Counted from the stretch's first letter, positions 30,558 to 40,530 are shown. The stretch is DNA of 64,000 nt from Patescibacteria group bacterium (GCA_028692545.1 JAQUXC010000002.1:28082-92081); one strand, 5' to 3'. Notes: generated by a model from the letters alone, not told the origin. Translations and numbers: made by a program.

Positions 30558-30941
30558 CTAGTTATTGAACTTTATATTCTCAATTTCGAGTTCTTCTTCA
30601 CTGTTATCTTGTACCTTAAATTTCTTCTTATAATATTCCTGTTGGGATTTTTTAAATTGTATTATTATTGCTTCCTCCATTTTTTTCCATTCTTCCTTTG
30701 GTTCTAAAAAAAACATTGGTTGATAACGCCCTGCAAAATAAGAAGGTGGCTGTATCCATATTTTGTCTCCAAACACATTATCATATTCAGAGTCCATAAT
30801 TCTAAATCCTTTAATGTTGATATTCTTATATCTTAATATTGCCGTGGCTTTTAACTTACCTTCATCTTTAATTTTAATAATGACTTCTACATCATTAACA
30901 TTAATTAAATTTTGATCACTTTTTTCATTTTCATTTTCCAT
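30558..30941 (-). CDS. Hypothetical element protein, possibly SpoVG-like nucleic-acid binding (weak)
   Basis: The central region KLKATAILRYKNINIKGFRIMDS...IQPPSY is loosely colinear with SpoVG. The operator-like repeats tatatagtaac lie 3' of it. Confidence 0.35.
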   Translation of the reverse strand: MENENEKSDQNLINVNDVEVIIKIKDEGKLKATAILRYKNINIKGFRIMDSEYDNVFGDKIWIQPPSYFAGRYQPMFFLEPKEEWKKMEEAIIIQFKKSQQEYYKKKFKVQDNSEEELEIENIKFNN

Positions 30942-31028
30942 ATTTTTTTGCTTTATTTGAATTAATTATTTAAAAATGTAACTATATTCATTTCTTTAAT
31001 TTAAATATCTATAAACGTCTATATACCC

Positions 31029-31256
31029 CTAAAATTTGTTGTCGTCAGATGGTTTTGAAAGACACTCGAGATAAAATAATAATTGCTTAACCTCATTTTT
31101 TACATAATCATCTTTTTCTACTAATTTATAAAACCAACGATGAATTGTTTGATTACTAAATCCTTGATCTTTAATTGCTTCTACAAAACAAATATATGAG
31201 TTCCAATATGGATTTCTTTTTTGTATTTTATTAAGTCTTCTTTCTAGTGATTTCAT
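31029..31256 (-). CDS. Small hypothetical protein on the element
   Basis: 75-aa ORF in an operon-like run on the minus strand. Confidence 0.4.
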   Translation of the reverse strand: MKSLERRLNKIQKRNPYWNSYICFVEAIKDQGFSNQTIHRWFYKLVEKDDYVKNEVKQLLFYLECLSKPSDDNKF

Positions 31257-31267
31257 AATGTTATTAA

Positions 31268-31504
31268 TTATTCTTTAATATAAATCAAATTTTTAATCTC
31301 TTTTATTAAACTAAAAAACGCTATTGGCTCAACCAATAACTCTTTTTTCCAAAATCCTTCTATTAATTTGTCTAAATCATTTTCTCTCTTGAAATAGAAT
31401 TGGACTCTTAATGGATTTATTTTGTCTATTCCCTCTATTTTGCAACCAAAATAGCAAAGAACTACACAAAGACTCAAATCACTTGTTGAAAATAAGTTTT
31501 TCAT
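31268..31504 (-). CDS. Small hypothetical protein on the element
   Basis: 78-aa ORF. Confidence 0.4.
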   Translation of the reverse strand: MKNLFSTSDLSLCVVLCYFGCKIEGIDKINPLRVQFYFKRENDLDKLIEGFWKKELLVEPIAFFSLIKEIKNLIYIKE

Positions 31505-31660
31505 ATTAGTCTTTTTCCTTTCATATAATTTTTATTAATATTAATTTTCTATTCTTCTTATGTAGGTATATTGTGAAATTTCACAAAATACAAAAAAATG
31601 GCTTGAAATAGCCATTTTTTTACAATTCTAAGTCTAAAAACTATATGTTTTTTTCACAGA

Positions 31661-32641
31661 TTACACATCATCTACACCTGGTAAATATTGTTTTTTTGTA
31701 TTTTTTGATAAATACCGTTTTTCTATATCTTTAAAACCATATATTTCTCCATTTCCACGTAAACTCTGTTCAGGATATATTTCAAATTTAGTTTCATACC
31801 CCCCACGCTCTTTAGTTGGATAAAATGGATCATCATCTATGGAAAAATAATTTTTTAAAACTTTAGATAATTTTGATTTAATTTGTCTAGTTTTTTCATT
31901 ATAATTTATACCAAAACACTCCTTATTTAAATTAAACTTTCCTTTATTTATAGAAAGCATTTTTAAAAAAAGCCATTGTTTATTTGGTTTTTTACTTTTT
32001 TGATGACATAAACACATTTTTTCAGAATTCGTTTTTTCTAAAAATTTATTTTTTACATATATATTTATATCATCTCCATTTAAAAAATTAATCCTTATAT
32101 CTTCCCATCCAGTACCCTCTGGAAATTTTTTTGATATTTTACAATTTTTTTCAATCTTTCTTGACTTTACAGTAATAAATTTATTTTCTAATTCTTCCTT
32201 ATATTCTATTAATTTTTTTATATTTGGCTTTGTAACTACAAAACACGTATTTCCTACACGTTCTACACTTTCAAAACACCTCTTTTCTTTAAGTTTAATT
32301 AAAAGACTATAACGTTCCACAATAGTCATCAAATTTTCTTCAATACCTAAATCATATGCTTCCATTTCGATTCTTTCTCTCCCTTCACGAGCTATACATT
32401 TTTCAATAATTTTGTCCATCATATAAACAAGTTCGTCTTTGTCACTTTTACTAATACGTTCTATTCTTATTCTTTCACGACTTTCTCGTTTTTTATCATT
32501 CTCTTCCATTCGTTGTTGATATGCACGATTCTCTTGTTCTTCTACGTCTTTAGAGCGAAGAAATTGATTAAATCCCAATTCTTGGAGGGTATGTTTATTA
32601 TTTTGTCCTAAACTATTAGTTAAATTATTATTTTTTTTCAT
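31661..32641 (-). CDS. Hypothetical protein with a charged coiled-coil N-terminus; candidate element replication/regulation protein
   Basis: 326-aa ORF with no recognisable catalytic motif. Confidence 0.5.
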   Translation of the reverse strand: MKKNNNLTNSLGQNNKHTLQELGFNQFLRSKDVEEQENRAYQQRMEENDKKRESRERIRIERISKSDKDELVYMMDKIIEKCIAREGRERIEMEAYDLGIEENLMTIVERYSLLIKLKEKRCFESVERVGNTCFVVTKPNIKKLIEYKEELENKFITVKSRKIEKNCKISKKFPEGTGWEDIRINFLNGDDINIYVKNKFLEKTNSEKMCLCHQKSKKPNKQWLFLKMLSINKGKFNLNKECFGINYNEKTRQIKSKLSKVLKNYFSIDDDPFYPTKERGGYETKFEIYPEQSLRGNGEIYGFKDIEKRYLSKNTKKQYLPGVDDV

Positions 32642-32786
32642 ATAATCTTCATATTAATCTATATTAAACTTAGCTGAAATTGATTTATTTTTCAAGATTT
32701 CAAGTTGATTTTTGTTAACAAAATTAACTTTACCCTCATAAATAAAGGAGGTATAATGGAAATATCTATAATTAAAAAATAAATAT

Positions 32787-34886
32787 ATGAAAAAAACATT
32801 TTTACTCCTTATAGTGTTTTTATGTCTAGGAGCAATACCTTATAATTTTAGTAATGCTGTTACACAAAGTCAAATTAGTTCTACGGTTCAAATTGTATGT
32901 CCAGATAATTATGGAAATTGGTTCAGTGGATCGGGAACGATAATAGACCAGAAAGGAATTATTTTAACCAATAAGCACGTTGTTACAGATGAATATGGTG
33001 GAATAATAGATACTTGTTTTATAGGATTTGTTGAATCAATAAGTAAAGAACCAAATTTTGGAACAGAAATAAACCCTAATTTAGCTGAAGTAAAATATCA
33101 TACCACTTCTCAGGATATGGATGTAGCACTTCTATACCTAGACAATCCTACTAATAAAACATATACATATGTTGATATTTGGAATTCTAATTCTGATAAT
33201 TTAAAATTTGGAGATAAGATTGAAGCTGTTGGGTTTCCTGGAATTGGTGGATCCACTATAACATACACATCTGGTGATTTTAGTGGTTTTGGTAGTAACT
33301 CTGATGGAACACAAAATTATATAAAAACAACAACTCCACTAGAACATGGAAATTCAGGAGGATCTGCATATAATTCTACGGAACAATTTATTGGTATTCC
33401 AACGATGGTTGTAGCTGGCACATTGAATTCATTAAGTTATTTGTTATCTGTAAATAGTATTAAAAATTGGTTATCTGAAATTTTAGGGAGTCAATATCAA
33501 CAAGGTATTGTAGAACAGGAACCCATTATAGAAAGACCGACTACTAGCATTCAAAATGATATCACTCCACCGAATTTTAACTTGTCAGGTCAGCTCTGTT
33601 ATTGGGTCTATGAAGATAATTATGATTTTATAGGAGGAAGATGTTTTCCAAAAAATTTAGGAAAATTAGAACCATATAATCATATACAATTTATATTATT
33701 TACTGAAGATCTATATAAAATTGATCCTAATGGGTTAGCAAAGACATATTATTATTTTGATACAGTTCCACATAGTAAAATTGATAATAATGTTATTAAA
33801 TATGTGCCAAAGTATTTGAATTCAGCACAGACTACACTTGCTCTAACGGAAATTATTGATATAGATAGCCCTGGTAAATACTACCTTACCTTTTTTGGGG
33901 AAGATAATCTTGGTAACGTTTCTAGTCCGTATATTTATGAATACGAATACCAACCAGAAATTTTTAAAACGATAAAAAATTTATATTTTTACAAAGATTC
34001 TAATAAAAAACAGCCATTAAAAGCTTACAATGTAGATTTTGATAAAATTGACCAAGGATGGATGTGGGAACCTTTAGAGTGCTACACTAGATTAGATAAT
34101 ATTACTGTAGATTGGAAATATCCAGTTGTTTATGAAGGGTATTCAACAAAGAAAATAAATAGTTTTACAGATTTTGGGGGTACTAAATTTACTGGGAATT
34201 TACAAAACTCTAACCAATATACTATTACAAATATATCTAATGGAAAAATAGTTCAATGGAAAGAGAATCACTATCAAAACGGATTGTCACCCGAAGAACA
34301 AATTTACCAGAAAAGTTTGTCTCCTCATAACAATATATATTATGAATTTTATATGAATCCAACAAATAGTAATATTGTTGAATTAGAACATAAACATAGA
34401 TTTTTAAAATTGATATATAATGAAAATCTTGAACAAGACTTATTATGTAATGATAACTTAGTTTTTGCAGAGACAAATGATTATCCAATTATTGTAGACC
34501 AGGGATTATCTAATCGTTTAAAAGGTAAGTTACTTCTTCAGGTAAACCAAGGAGGTAGAGTTTGGTATGTAAATCCAGATGATGGTAAAAGATTTGAAGT
34601 AACCTTTGCTAATGCATTACCTCTATTTGAAAAATTTGCTCTTGGAATATCTAATAAAGATTTAGAAAAAATTTCATTACACACTAATAATTGGACATCT
34701 GCTACAGGGAATAGATTGAAAGGAAAATTACTTTTACAGGTAGAAGATGGCGGTAGAATTTGGTATGTAGATTTTGATGGCAAAAGATGGGAAGTAACTT
34801 GGGCTAATTTAATGACTTTATTTGAAAGTTTGTCATTAGGTATTACAAACGATAATCTAAATAAAATAGAAATTGGGAGTTTATAA
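32787..34886 (+). CDS. Secreted trypsin-like (S1/chymotrypsin fold) serine protease with a C-terminal tandem GKLLLQV-GGRIWYV repeat domain
   Basis: Signal peptide. Catalytic triad context TNKHVV (His), DVALLYLD (Asp) and GNSGGSAY (Ser). Two roughly 55-aa C-terminal repeats end in KIEIGSL. Confidence 0.8.
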   Translation: MKKTFLLLIVFLCLGAIPYNFSNAVTQSQISSTVQIVCPDNYGNWFSGSGTIIDQKGIILTNKHVVTDEYGGIIDTCFIGFVESISKEPNFGTEINPNLAEVKYHTTSQDMDVALLYLDNPTNKTYTYVDIWNSNSDNLKFGDKIEAVGFPGIGGSTITYTSGDFSGFGSNSDGTQNYIKTTTPLEHGNSGGSAYNSTEQFIGIPTMVVAGTLNSLSYLLSVNSIKNWLSEILGSQYQQGIVEQEPIIERPTTSIQNDITPPNFNLSGQLCYWVYEDNYDFIGGRCFPKNLGKLEPYNHIQFILFTEDLYKIDPNGLAKTYYYFDTVPHSKIDNNVIKYVPKYLNSAQTTLALTEIIDIDSPGKYYLTFFGEDNLGNVSSPYIYEYEYQPEIFKTIKNLYFYKDSNKKQPLKAYNVDFDKIDQGWMWEPLECYTRLDNITVDWKYPVVYEGYSTKKINSFTDFGGTKFTGNLQNSNQYTITNISNGKIVQWKENHYQNGLSPEEQIYQKSLSPHNNIYYEFYMNPTNSNIVELEHKHRFLKLIYNENLEQDLLCNDNLVFAETNDYPIIVDQGLSNRLKGKLLLQVNQGGRVWYVNPDDGKRFEVTFANALPLFEKFALGISNKDLEKISLHTNNWTSATGNRLKGKLLLQVEDGGRIWYVDFDGKRWEVTWANLMTLFESLSLGITNDNLNKIEIGSL

Positions 34887-34903
34887 ATAATAATTTTAAA
34901 TAT

Positions 34904-36388
34904 ATGAAAAAAATTTATATTCCTTTATTAATCTTATCATTTGTATTTATCATATTACCACAAAAAATAAAAGCATCTGGATGTATGGAATATGGAATGT
35001 GGGCTTATGAAGATTTTACTGGTTATTGTAAGTGTATGAGTGGGTATGTATGGGGTAAATTTATGGGTCAAGATTATTGTATTTCTGGTGGTTCATATTG
35101 TTATGATAAATATGGTTATGGGTCACAATATGATTCAATCTCGAAAAGCTGTGAATGTAAAAATGGATATGTATGGGATGATGGTTTATTTGGTAATTCA
35201 ACTTGTGTATCTTGTTCTAGTAAATACGGTTTTGGTGCGACTTCAGATTATCTAGGTAGTGGCTGTAAATGTATGAGTGGATATGTATGGGGTAAAAATT
35301 TCCTCGGGGAAGATTATTGTGTTTCTGGGGATTCAAAATGTTCTAGCCTTTATGGTTACGGTTCAGAATATAATTCTATATCTCAAAAATGTGAATGCAA
35401 AAGTGGATATGTTTGGGACACTAATGCATCTAACGATTTAATATGCATATCTTGTTCTAGTAAATACGGTTTTGGGTCAGAATATGATTCACTCTCAAAA
35501 AGTTGTGAATGCAAAAGTGGATATGAATTATCCTATAAAACTTTTGGTAGCGGATTAGAATGTATTAGTTGCTCTACTAAATATGGTTCTCATTCCTCTT
35601 ATGACTATATTACTGAAAAATGTAAGTGTAATGACGGATATACATTAGATTCAGATAATAAATGTGTTGAAAAACAAAACAACGTTTATTTTATATTAAA
35701 AGAACTTGATGAAAATAATGATAAAGCAATTATAGAAAATGAATATACAAGCTCACGATATTTAGTAGAGTATGGAATTGGATGTCTTTTAATAGACAAT
35801 TATGTAGACGAAAAAATAGTTATAAATCTAGGAACAGATTTTAATATTGATGTATGGGATAAAATAGTTTTACAAAATGATAATGATACTTGTTCTATTT
35901 TAGATGTTTCTAATGTTAATTATAACTATAGTTTAAAAGAACAAGATAGTAGTGATGATAGTATATTATATACAATTCCACAAAAAATAGAGCCTAATAC
36001 TAAAATAGACAAAACATTATCCAAAAAAATGAGTGGGAAGTTACTTTTACAAGTTGAGGAAGGTGGTAGAATTTGGTATGTGGATACAAAAGAAAATAAA
36101 AGATATGAAGTTATTTTTGCGAATGCCTTGGCTTTATTTGAAAAATTATCCATTGGAATAACGAATGCAGATCTTGATAAAATATCAGACAAAAAATCTA
36201 CGACATTAGGTAATTCAAATAAAGGAAAATTATTTTTACAAGTAGAAGAAGGTGGGAGGATATGGTATATAGATACAAATGGATTAAAACACGAAGTAAC
36301 ATTTGCAAATTTAATGAATTTATTCAAAAGCCTATCTCTTGGTATTACAAATGAAAATCTTGATAAAATAGAAATTGGAAGTTTATAA
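34904..36388 (+). CDS. Secreted Cys-rich repeat protein sharing the same C-terminal tandem repeat domain
   Basis: Six or seven CKCMSGYVWG/CECKSGYVWD modules, then two GKLLLQVEEGGRIWYVD...LSLGITN..LDKIEIGSL repeats. The DNA paralogy with 34500-34880 is visible. Confidence 0.8.
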   Translation: MKKIYIPLLILSFVFIILPQKIKASGCMEYGMWAYEDFTGYCKCMSGYVWGKFMGQDYCISGGSYCYDKYGYGSQYDSISKSCECKNGYVWDDGLFGNSTCVSCSSKYGFGATSDYLGSGCKCMSGYVWGKNFLGEDYCVSGDSKCSSLYGYGSEYNSISQKCECKSGYVWDTNASNDLICISCSSKYGFGSEYDSLSKSCECKSGYELSYKTFGSGLECISCSTKYGSHSSYDYITEKCKCNDGYTLDSDNKCVEKQNNVYFILKELDENNDKAIIENEYTSSRYLVEYGIGCLLIDNYVDEKIVINLGTDFNIDVWDKIVLQNDNDTCSILDVSNVNYNYSLKEQDSSDDSILYTIPQKIEPNTKIDKTLSKKMSGKLLLQVEEGGRIWYVDTKENKRYEVIFANALALFEKLSIGITNADLDKISDKKSTTLGNSNKGKLFLQVEEGGRIWYIDTNGLKHEVTFANLMNLFKSLSLGITNENLDKIEIGSL

Positions 36389-36401
36389 ATATATTAAATA
36401 T

Positions 36402-36641
36402 ATGAACATTAAATTATTTTTTATTTTATTCTCATCAATCTTAATTTTGTCTGGTTGCACAACAAATAGCGCTAGTAATTATGATACAGTGAGTCACCCC
36501 ACCATAGAAGAAAGAGAAAGGGATGATTCCAGATTCGAATTGTGTAGTAAGAAATGTGCTGGACTTGATGCTAAAAATTGTATGAACAGTGCTGGTCAAG
36601 CAAGTTGTCCATATTCTGATTGTCTTGATGAGTGTTTCTAA
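36402..36641 (+). CDS. Small Cys-rich lipoprotein
   Basis: LILSGC lipobox. Start placed at the in-frame MNIKLFF, downstream of the track start at 36375. Confidence 0.5.
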   Translation: MNIKLFFILFSSILILSGCTTNSASNYDTVSHPTIEERERDDSRFELCSKKCAGLDAKNCMNSAGQASCPYSDCLDECF

Positions 36642-36665
36642 AAAAACTTTAAAATTTATAATAAT

Positions 36666-36956
36666 ATGAAGAGGATATTAAAATTCATTAAAAAAGATAT
36701 AAAAAATAATTTACGATTTTATATAGTCGTAATATTTTTAATAATAGGATTTTTGTTATTAAACTCGGCTATAGAAGATTTACAATGGTCCACTAATAAA
36801 ACATATCGTGAGTGTAGAAATGCTCAATCTTATTGTGTTGAAGCTCAATCTAGTTGTTCTGGTTGTGAAGATACTATGTATTATTGTGATGAAGCTCAAT
36901 CTAGTTGTCAAAATGCCGAATCGATGTGTGAGAAATGTGAATATTATAGCTGGTAA
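36666..36956 (+). CDS. Small Cys-rich secreted/membrane protein
   Basis: N-terminal TM, then 12 Cys in the 50 aa CVEAQSSCSGCED...CEKCEYY. Confidence 0.5.
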   Translation: MKRILKFIKKDIKNNLRFYIVVIFLIIGFLLLNSAIEDLQWSTNKTYRECRNAQSYCVEAQSSCSGCEDTMYYCDEAQSSCQNAESMCEKCEYYSW

Positions 36957-36978
36957 ATCTCATATTGATATAAAAGAT

Positions 36979-37356
36979 ATGAAACCAATATTTAAAAAAA
37001 GGATACATCTATTGTTAATACTTATATTTATTATTCCATTTTTAAGTGGATGTGATGAGGTTATGGATAATACAAGTTATCATAATAATTATTCACAGCC
37101 ACCAGCTATAGAAAATATTGTAAAACAAGAACAACCAATAAAAAATGTAATACCAGAAGTTAATACAGAAACTAATAATAATTTATCCAATGATAATCAT
37201 TACACGAATGTAGATGGTAATAAGGTTCATTCACCAGCATATTCTGACACTATTCCAGTTGGTGCATCAGCAAAATGTAGAGATGGGAGCTATAGTTTCA
37301 GCCAACATAGAAGTGGAACTTGTTCTCATCACGGTGGGGTGGCTAAATGGTATTAA
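36979..37356 (+). CDS. Lipoprotein with a DUF3761-like C-terminal motif
   Basis: FLSGC lipobox. C-terminal CRDGSYSFSQHRSGTCSHHGGVAKW resembles the DUF3761 signature. The track ORF 36808-37356 includes an implausible overlapping upstream extension. Confidence 0.55.
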   Translation: MKPIFKKRIHLLLILIFIIPFLSGCDEVMDNTSYHNNYSQPPAIENIVKQEQPIKNVIPEVNTETNNNLSNDNHYTNVDGNKVHSPAYSDTIPVGASAKCRDGSYSFSQHRSGTCSHHGGVAKWY

Positions 37357-37375
37357 TAATTAATATATAAAATAT

Positions 37376-37630
37376 ATGAAAAAAATAATAATTTTAATAA
37401 TAGTGTTATTAATTCTAGGAGTTGCTGGATTTTTCTTTTATGAAAAACAAAAGGAGCGAAAATATGAAAATTGTGTAAGTGTTTGTTGTTCTGGTAGCGA
37501 AGTTTATGAAAATGGAGATTGTTATACTAATATGATTCATAATGCATCTACCGGGGAAATAATTAAAGAATATTCATTAGCGGTCACAGACAAAGAATGT
37601 AAAAATATTTGTATACAAAAATATAAATAA
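37376..37630 (+). CDS. Small membrane-anchored Cys-containing protein
   Basis: N-terminal TM; 84 aa. Confidence 0.45.
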   Translation: MKKIIILIIVLLILGVAGFFFYEKQKERKYENCVSVCCSGSEVYENGDCYTNMIHNASTGEIIKEYSLAVTDKECKNICIQKYK

Positions 37631-37642
37631 TAAATAAACCAT

Positions 37643-38239
37643 ATGTTTTGTCATAGATGCGGAAAAGAGTTATTAGAAAATGCTAAATTTTGTTCTTCCT
37701 GTGGAACAGAGGTTCATCAGATAGACAAATCAAAAAATAACAATCAAACTTCTACTCAACAAAAAGGAGGAAAAATTTCTGGACAAAAAATATTTAAAAT
37801 AATTGTTATAATAATTCTAATTTTAACGTTTATTAGCCCGTCTATATCACAAAAGCAAATTGCTTTATTAGATGGAGTAATTAATATAACTATTTGGGCT
37901 ATTATTTTATATATAATATCACTTTTTATATCTCCACAAACAAAATCTTTGAAAGCAAAAAATAATGAAATAAAGAAAGAAATAGCAAAAGAAGATAAAG
38001 AAATAAAAGAACTAAAAACAAAATTATTAGAAAAAGAAGATTTATTGGCAATATTATATGTATATAGTTTAATTATAATATTTTTTATTATAATAATTTT
38101 ACTTGTATTATTAAATAATTTTAACAGAAATCTTCTTGCAGTAAATATAATTCTTTTAATAATTATCATAATTTTAATGATATTTATTAAAAAAATAAAA
38201 ATAGAGACTAATTTAATTAGACAACAATTAAAAAAATAG
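37643..38239 (+). CDS. Zinc-ribbon membrane protein
   Basis: N-terminal CHRCGKEL...CSSCG zinc ribbon, then TM helices and a charged coiled-coil segment. Confidence 0.55.
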   Translation: MFCHRCGKELLENAKFCSSCGTEVHQIDKSKNNNQTSTQQKGGKISGQKIFKIIVIIILILTFISPSISQKQIALLDGVINITIWAIILYIISLFISPQTKSLKAKNNEIKKEIAKEDKEIKELKTKLLEKEDLLAILYVYSLIIIFFIIIILLVLLNNFNRNLLAVNIILLIIIIILMIFIKKIKIETNLIRQQLKK

Positions 38240-38250
38240 AAGAATAAAGT

Positions 38251-38667
38251 ATGAAAATATTTTCAAAAAAAGAATTTCCTTATATTTTAACATTGTTTAG
38301 CATTTGGATTTTTGCCTTAGCTTACTATTTTCCAAATTTTCCTGCTAACTTTCCAGCTGGTGCTGGAAGAATAAAAATATATAATTATAATACAAATTAT
38401 CTCAAGTTGATATCTGTGATATTATTTACAATAGGATTTTACATATCAATTAGAAGAAGATTATTTCCTAAGACTATAGATGAAATCGCAGAAGAATCAT
38501 ATGAAAAGGCTAAAAAAATTGTTGTAACTTTTAATAAGATATCTGCTACTGCTATACAAAGAGAATTAAAAATTGGTTATGCAGCATCTGCTAGATTATT
38601 AGATATGTTAGAAGATAATGGAATAATCGGACCAGCTAATGGTCCCAGACCAAGAGAAGTTTTATAA
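38251..38667 (+). CDS. Membrane protein with a C-terminal FtsK-gamma (winged-helix DNA-binding) domain
   Basis: ISATAIQRELKIGYAASARLLDMLEDNGIIGPANG matches the FtsK gamma domain consensus. N-terminal TM helices. Confidence 0.65.
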   Translation: MKIFSKKEFPYILTLFSIWIFALAYYFPNFPANFPAGAGRIKIYNYNTNYLKLISVILFTIGFYISIRRRLFPKTIDEIAEESYEKAKKIVVTFNKISATAIQRELKIGYAASARLLDMLEDNGIIGPANGPRPREVL

Positions 38668-38711
38668 ATAATTTGGTAATAATATAAACATAATTATTAT
38701 TTTTAAAAAAT

Positions 38712-39257
38712 ATGGACGAAATAAATAAGTACAAAGACTCTATAGAATATATAGAGAATGAATTTCAAAAAATAATAAAGGAGAATCCATTAAATTTTGA
38801 TAAGGAATATTTATCCCAAATAAGGTTTAAAGTTACTAGTTTTAAAAAAGGTGATGATCAATCTTATGATGTAAATTACGAAATAAAAGGCTTTGACTAT
38901 GGAGATGATTATAGTAATGGTTTAATTTTAAGTTCTAGAGATGGACTTTCAATCGAAGAAGAAATTGCAAAATCAATCTATGACGATATAGTAATGGGTA
39001 CAGACTTAATGAGGAAAGATCCTAAAGTAAGAGAATGCATAGATAGGGCAGAAGAAGAAGCAGAAGAAATACTTGAAAACAAAAAGAAGAAAGATAAAAA
39101 GAAATTTTGGGGTTGGGCTAGACCAGAAATAGGAAAAGGTCATCATTTAGGAGATTGTCATATCTTTTGGGAAGAAAAGAAAAGAATCTTAAAAGAAAAA
39201 TATAATATAGATTGGAAAACTCCTGCGGAGATAAACCCAAGTGCTAAATTTGATTGA
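38712..39257 (+). CDS. Hypothetical charged protein
   Basis: 181-aa ORF. Confidence 0.45.
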   Translation: MDEINKYKDSIEYIENEFQKIIKENPLNFDKEYLSQIRFKVTSFKKGDDQSYDVNYEIKGFDYGDDYSNGLILSSRDGLSIEEEIAKSIYDDIVMGTDLMRKDPKVRECIDRAEEEAEEILENKKKKDKKKFWGWARPEIGKGHHLGDCHIFWEEKKRILKEKYNIDWKTPAEINPSAKFD

Positions 39258-39375
39258 TATAATTAAATCAATCTTATAAACTCATTAAAAAGTGATTTAA
39301 AAAAATAAAGATTCTAATATAAAAATATATGAGAGACAAGATTTTAGATAGAATTAAGAAATCTAATAGGTTTCT

Positions 39376-40530
39376 TTGGCTTGGAAACTATTGTATAATA
39401 TTTATATGGATAAAGTTAAATCAATAAATAAAGAAAATTTAGAAATTGCAAGAAATAATGTCGGTCTGAGTACTATGTCGGCAACAAGAAAAATTTCAAA
39501 ATCAAAAATTGATTTAGTTTTTGAATGGGAAAATGGAACATCACTGCCAACGTGGAATCAAATAACTAGATTAGCAAAAATATATGATATTCCTGAGGTA
39601 CTCTTTTTTTCTAGAGAGTCTATTAAGAAGAACAAAACAATTCCAGACTATAGGATTGGACAAGATTCATATAATGATGAAAAAATACAGAAACTCATTA
39701 ATATTGTTATTAGAAGACAACGATGGTTAAAACAAAATATTAAATATAACCTAAAAAAAAATGTTTTACAGGGTAGTGGTAAAGAGATTCAAAATCCAGA
39801 TCAATTAGCTTTATTAATAAAAGAAAAACTAAATATTGATTCTTATGAAATAAAAAATATTTCTGGAGTAAGCTCTCGCAAAAAAGTATTGGATTATTTA
39901 ATAAGAAAAGCAGAGGATTGTGGAATATTTATTGGAAAAACCATACATTACCATAGAATAAAAGTAGACGATATGAGAGGCCTTTATATTTCTGATGATT
40001 ATTGTCCTTATATTATTCTTAATAGAAGAGATGCTCTTTCTGCACAGATATTTTCGCTTATACACGAGTTAGCTCATTTGTTTAGAAAAACTGACTCAAT
40101 ATCAAATAGCTTAGAGTTTAGACATTTAAATAAAAACATAAACTACGAGGAAATATTTTGTAATAAAGTTGCCGCTGAATTGTTATTGCCTACAAAAGAT
40201 CTTAAAAAAACATTTTATGATATATCCGACATTAATAATATGGCAGAAATTTACAAAGTTAGTAGATTAATGATTTTTTATAGACTTAAAGATCTAAATA
40301 AAATTGATAAAAATGATATAGATAATTTAGAAGAAAAAATACGTAAAGAAACTGATGAAGACGTTATACATAAAAATAATAAAAAAAATACTGGCGGAAG
40401 TTATGTTAATAATATGAGAGATTCAAATGGAAAACTTTTTAATAACATTATTTTAGAACTTTATTTTGATAAAAAAATAAATTACGTAGAGGCATCTAAT
40501 TTACTCAAATTCTCTGTTGAAAGTCTATGA
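39376..40530 (+). CDS. XRE-family HTH fused to an ImmA/IrrE (COG2856) zinc metallopeptidase
   Basis: N-terminal HTH LEIARNNVGLSTMSATRKISKSKIDLVFEWENG and C-terminal HEXXH (HELAHLF). Confidence 0.75.
   Translation: MAWKLLYNIYMDKVKSINKENLEIARNNVGLSTMSATRKISKSKIDLVFEWENGTSLPTWNQITRLAKIYDIPEVLFFSRESIKKNKTIPDYRIGQDSYNDEKIQKLINIVIRRQRWLKQNIKYNLKKNVLQGSGKEIQNPDQLALLIKEKLNIDSYEIKNISGVSSRKKVLDYLIRKAEDCGIFIGKTIHYHRIKVDDMRGLYISDDYCPYIILNRRDALSAQIFSLIHELAHLFRKTDSISNSLEFRHLNKNINYEEIFCNKVAAELLLPTKDLKKTFYDISDINNMAEIYKVSRLMIFYRLKDLNKIDKNDIDNLEEKIRKETDEDVIHKNNKKNTGGSYVNNMRDSNGKLFNNIILELYFDKKINYVEASNLLKFSVESL

Noticed and set aside
34538-36327. Minus-strand ORFs 34538-34783 and 35926-36327 sharing the YQILPPSSTCKSNFP peptides
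   Set aside because: They mirror the duplicated C-terminal repeat DNA of the two plus-strand secreted proteins. The similarity is a consequence of that DNA paralogy and not independent coding.
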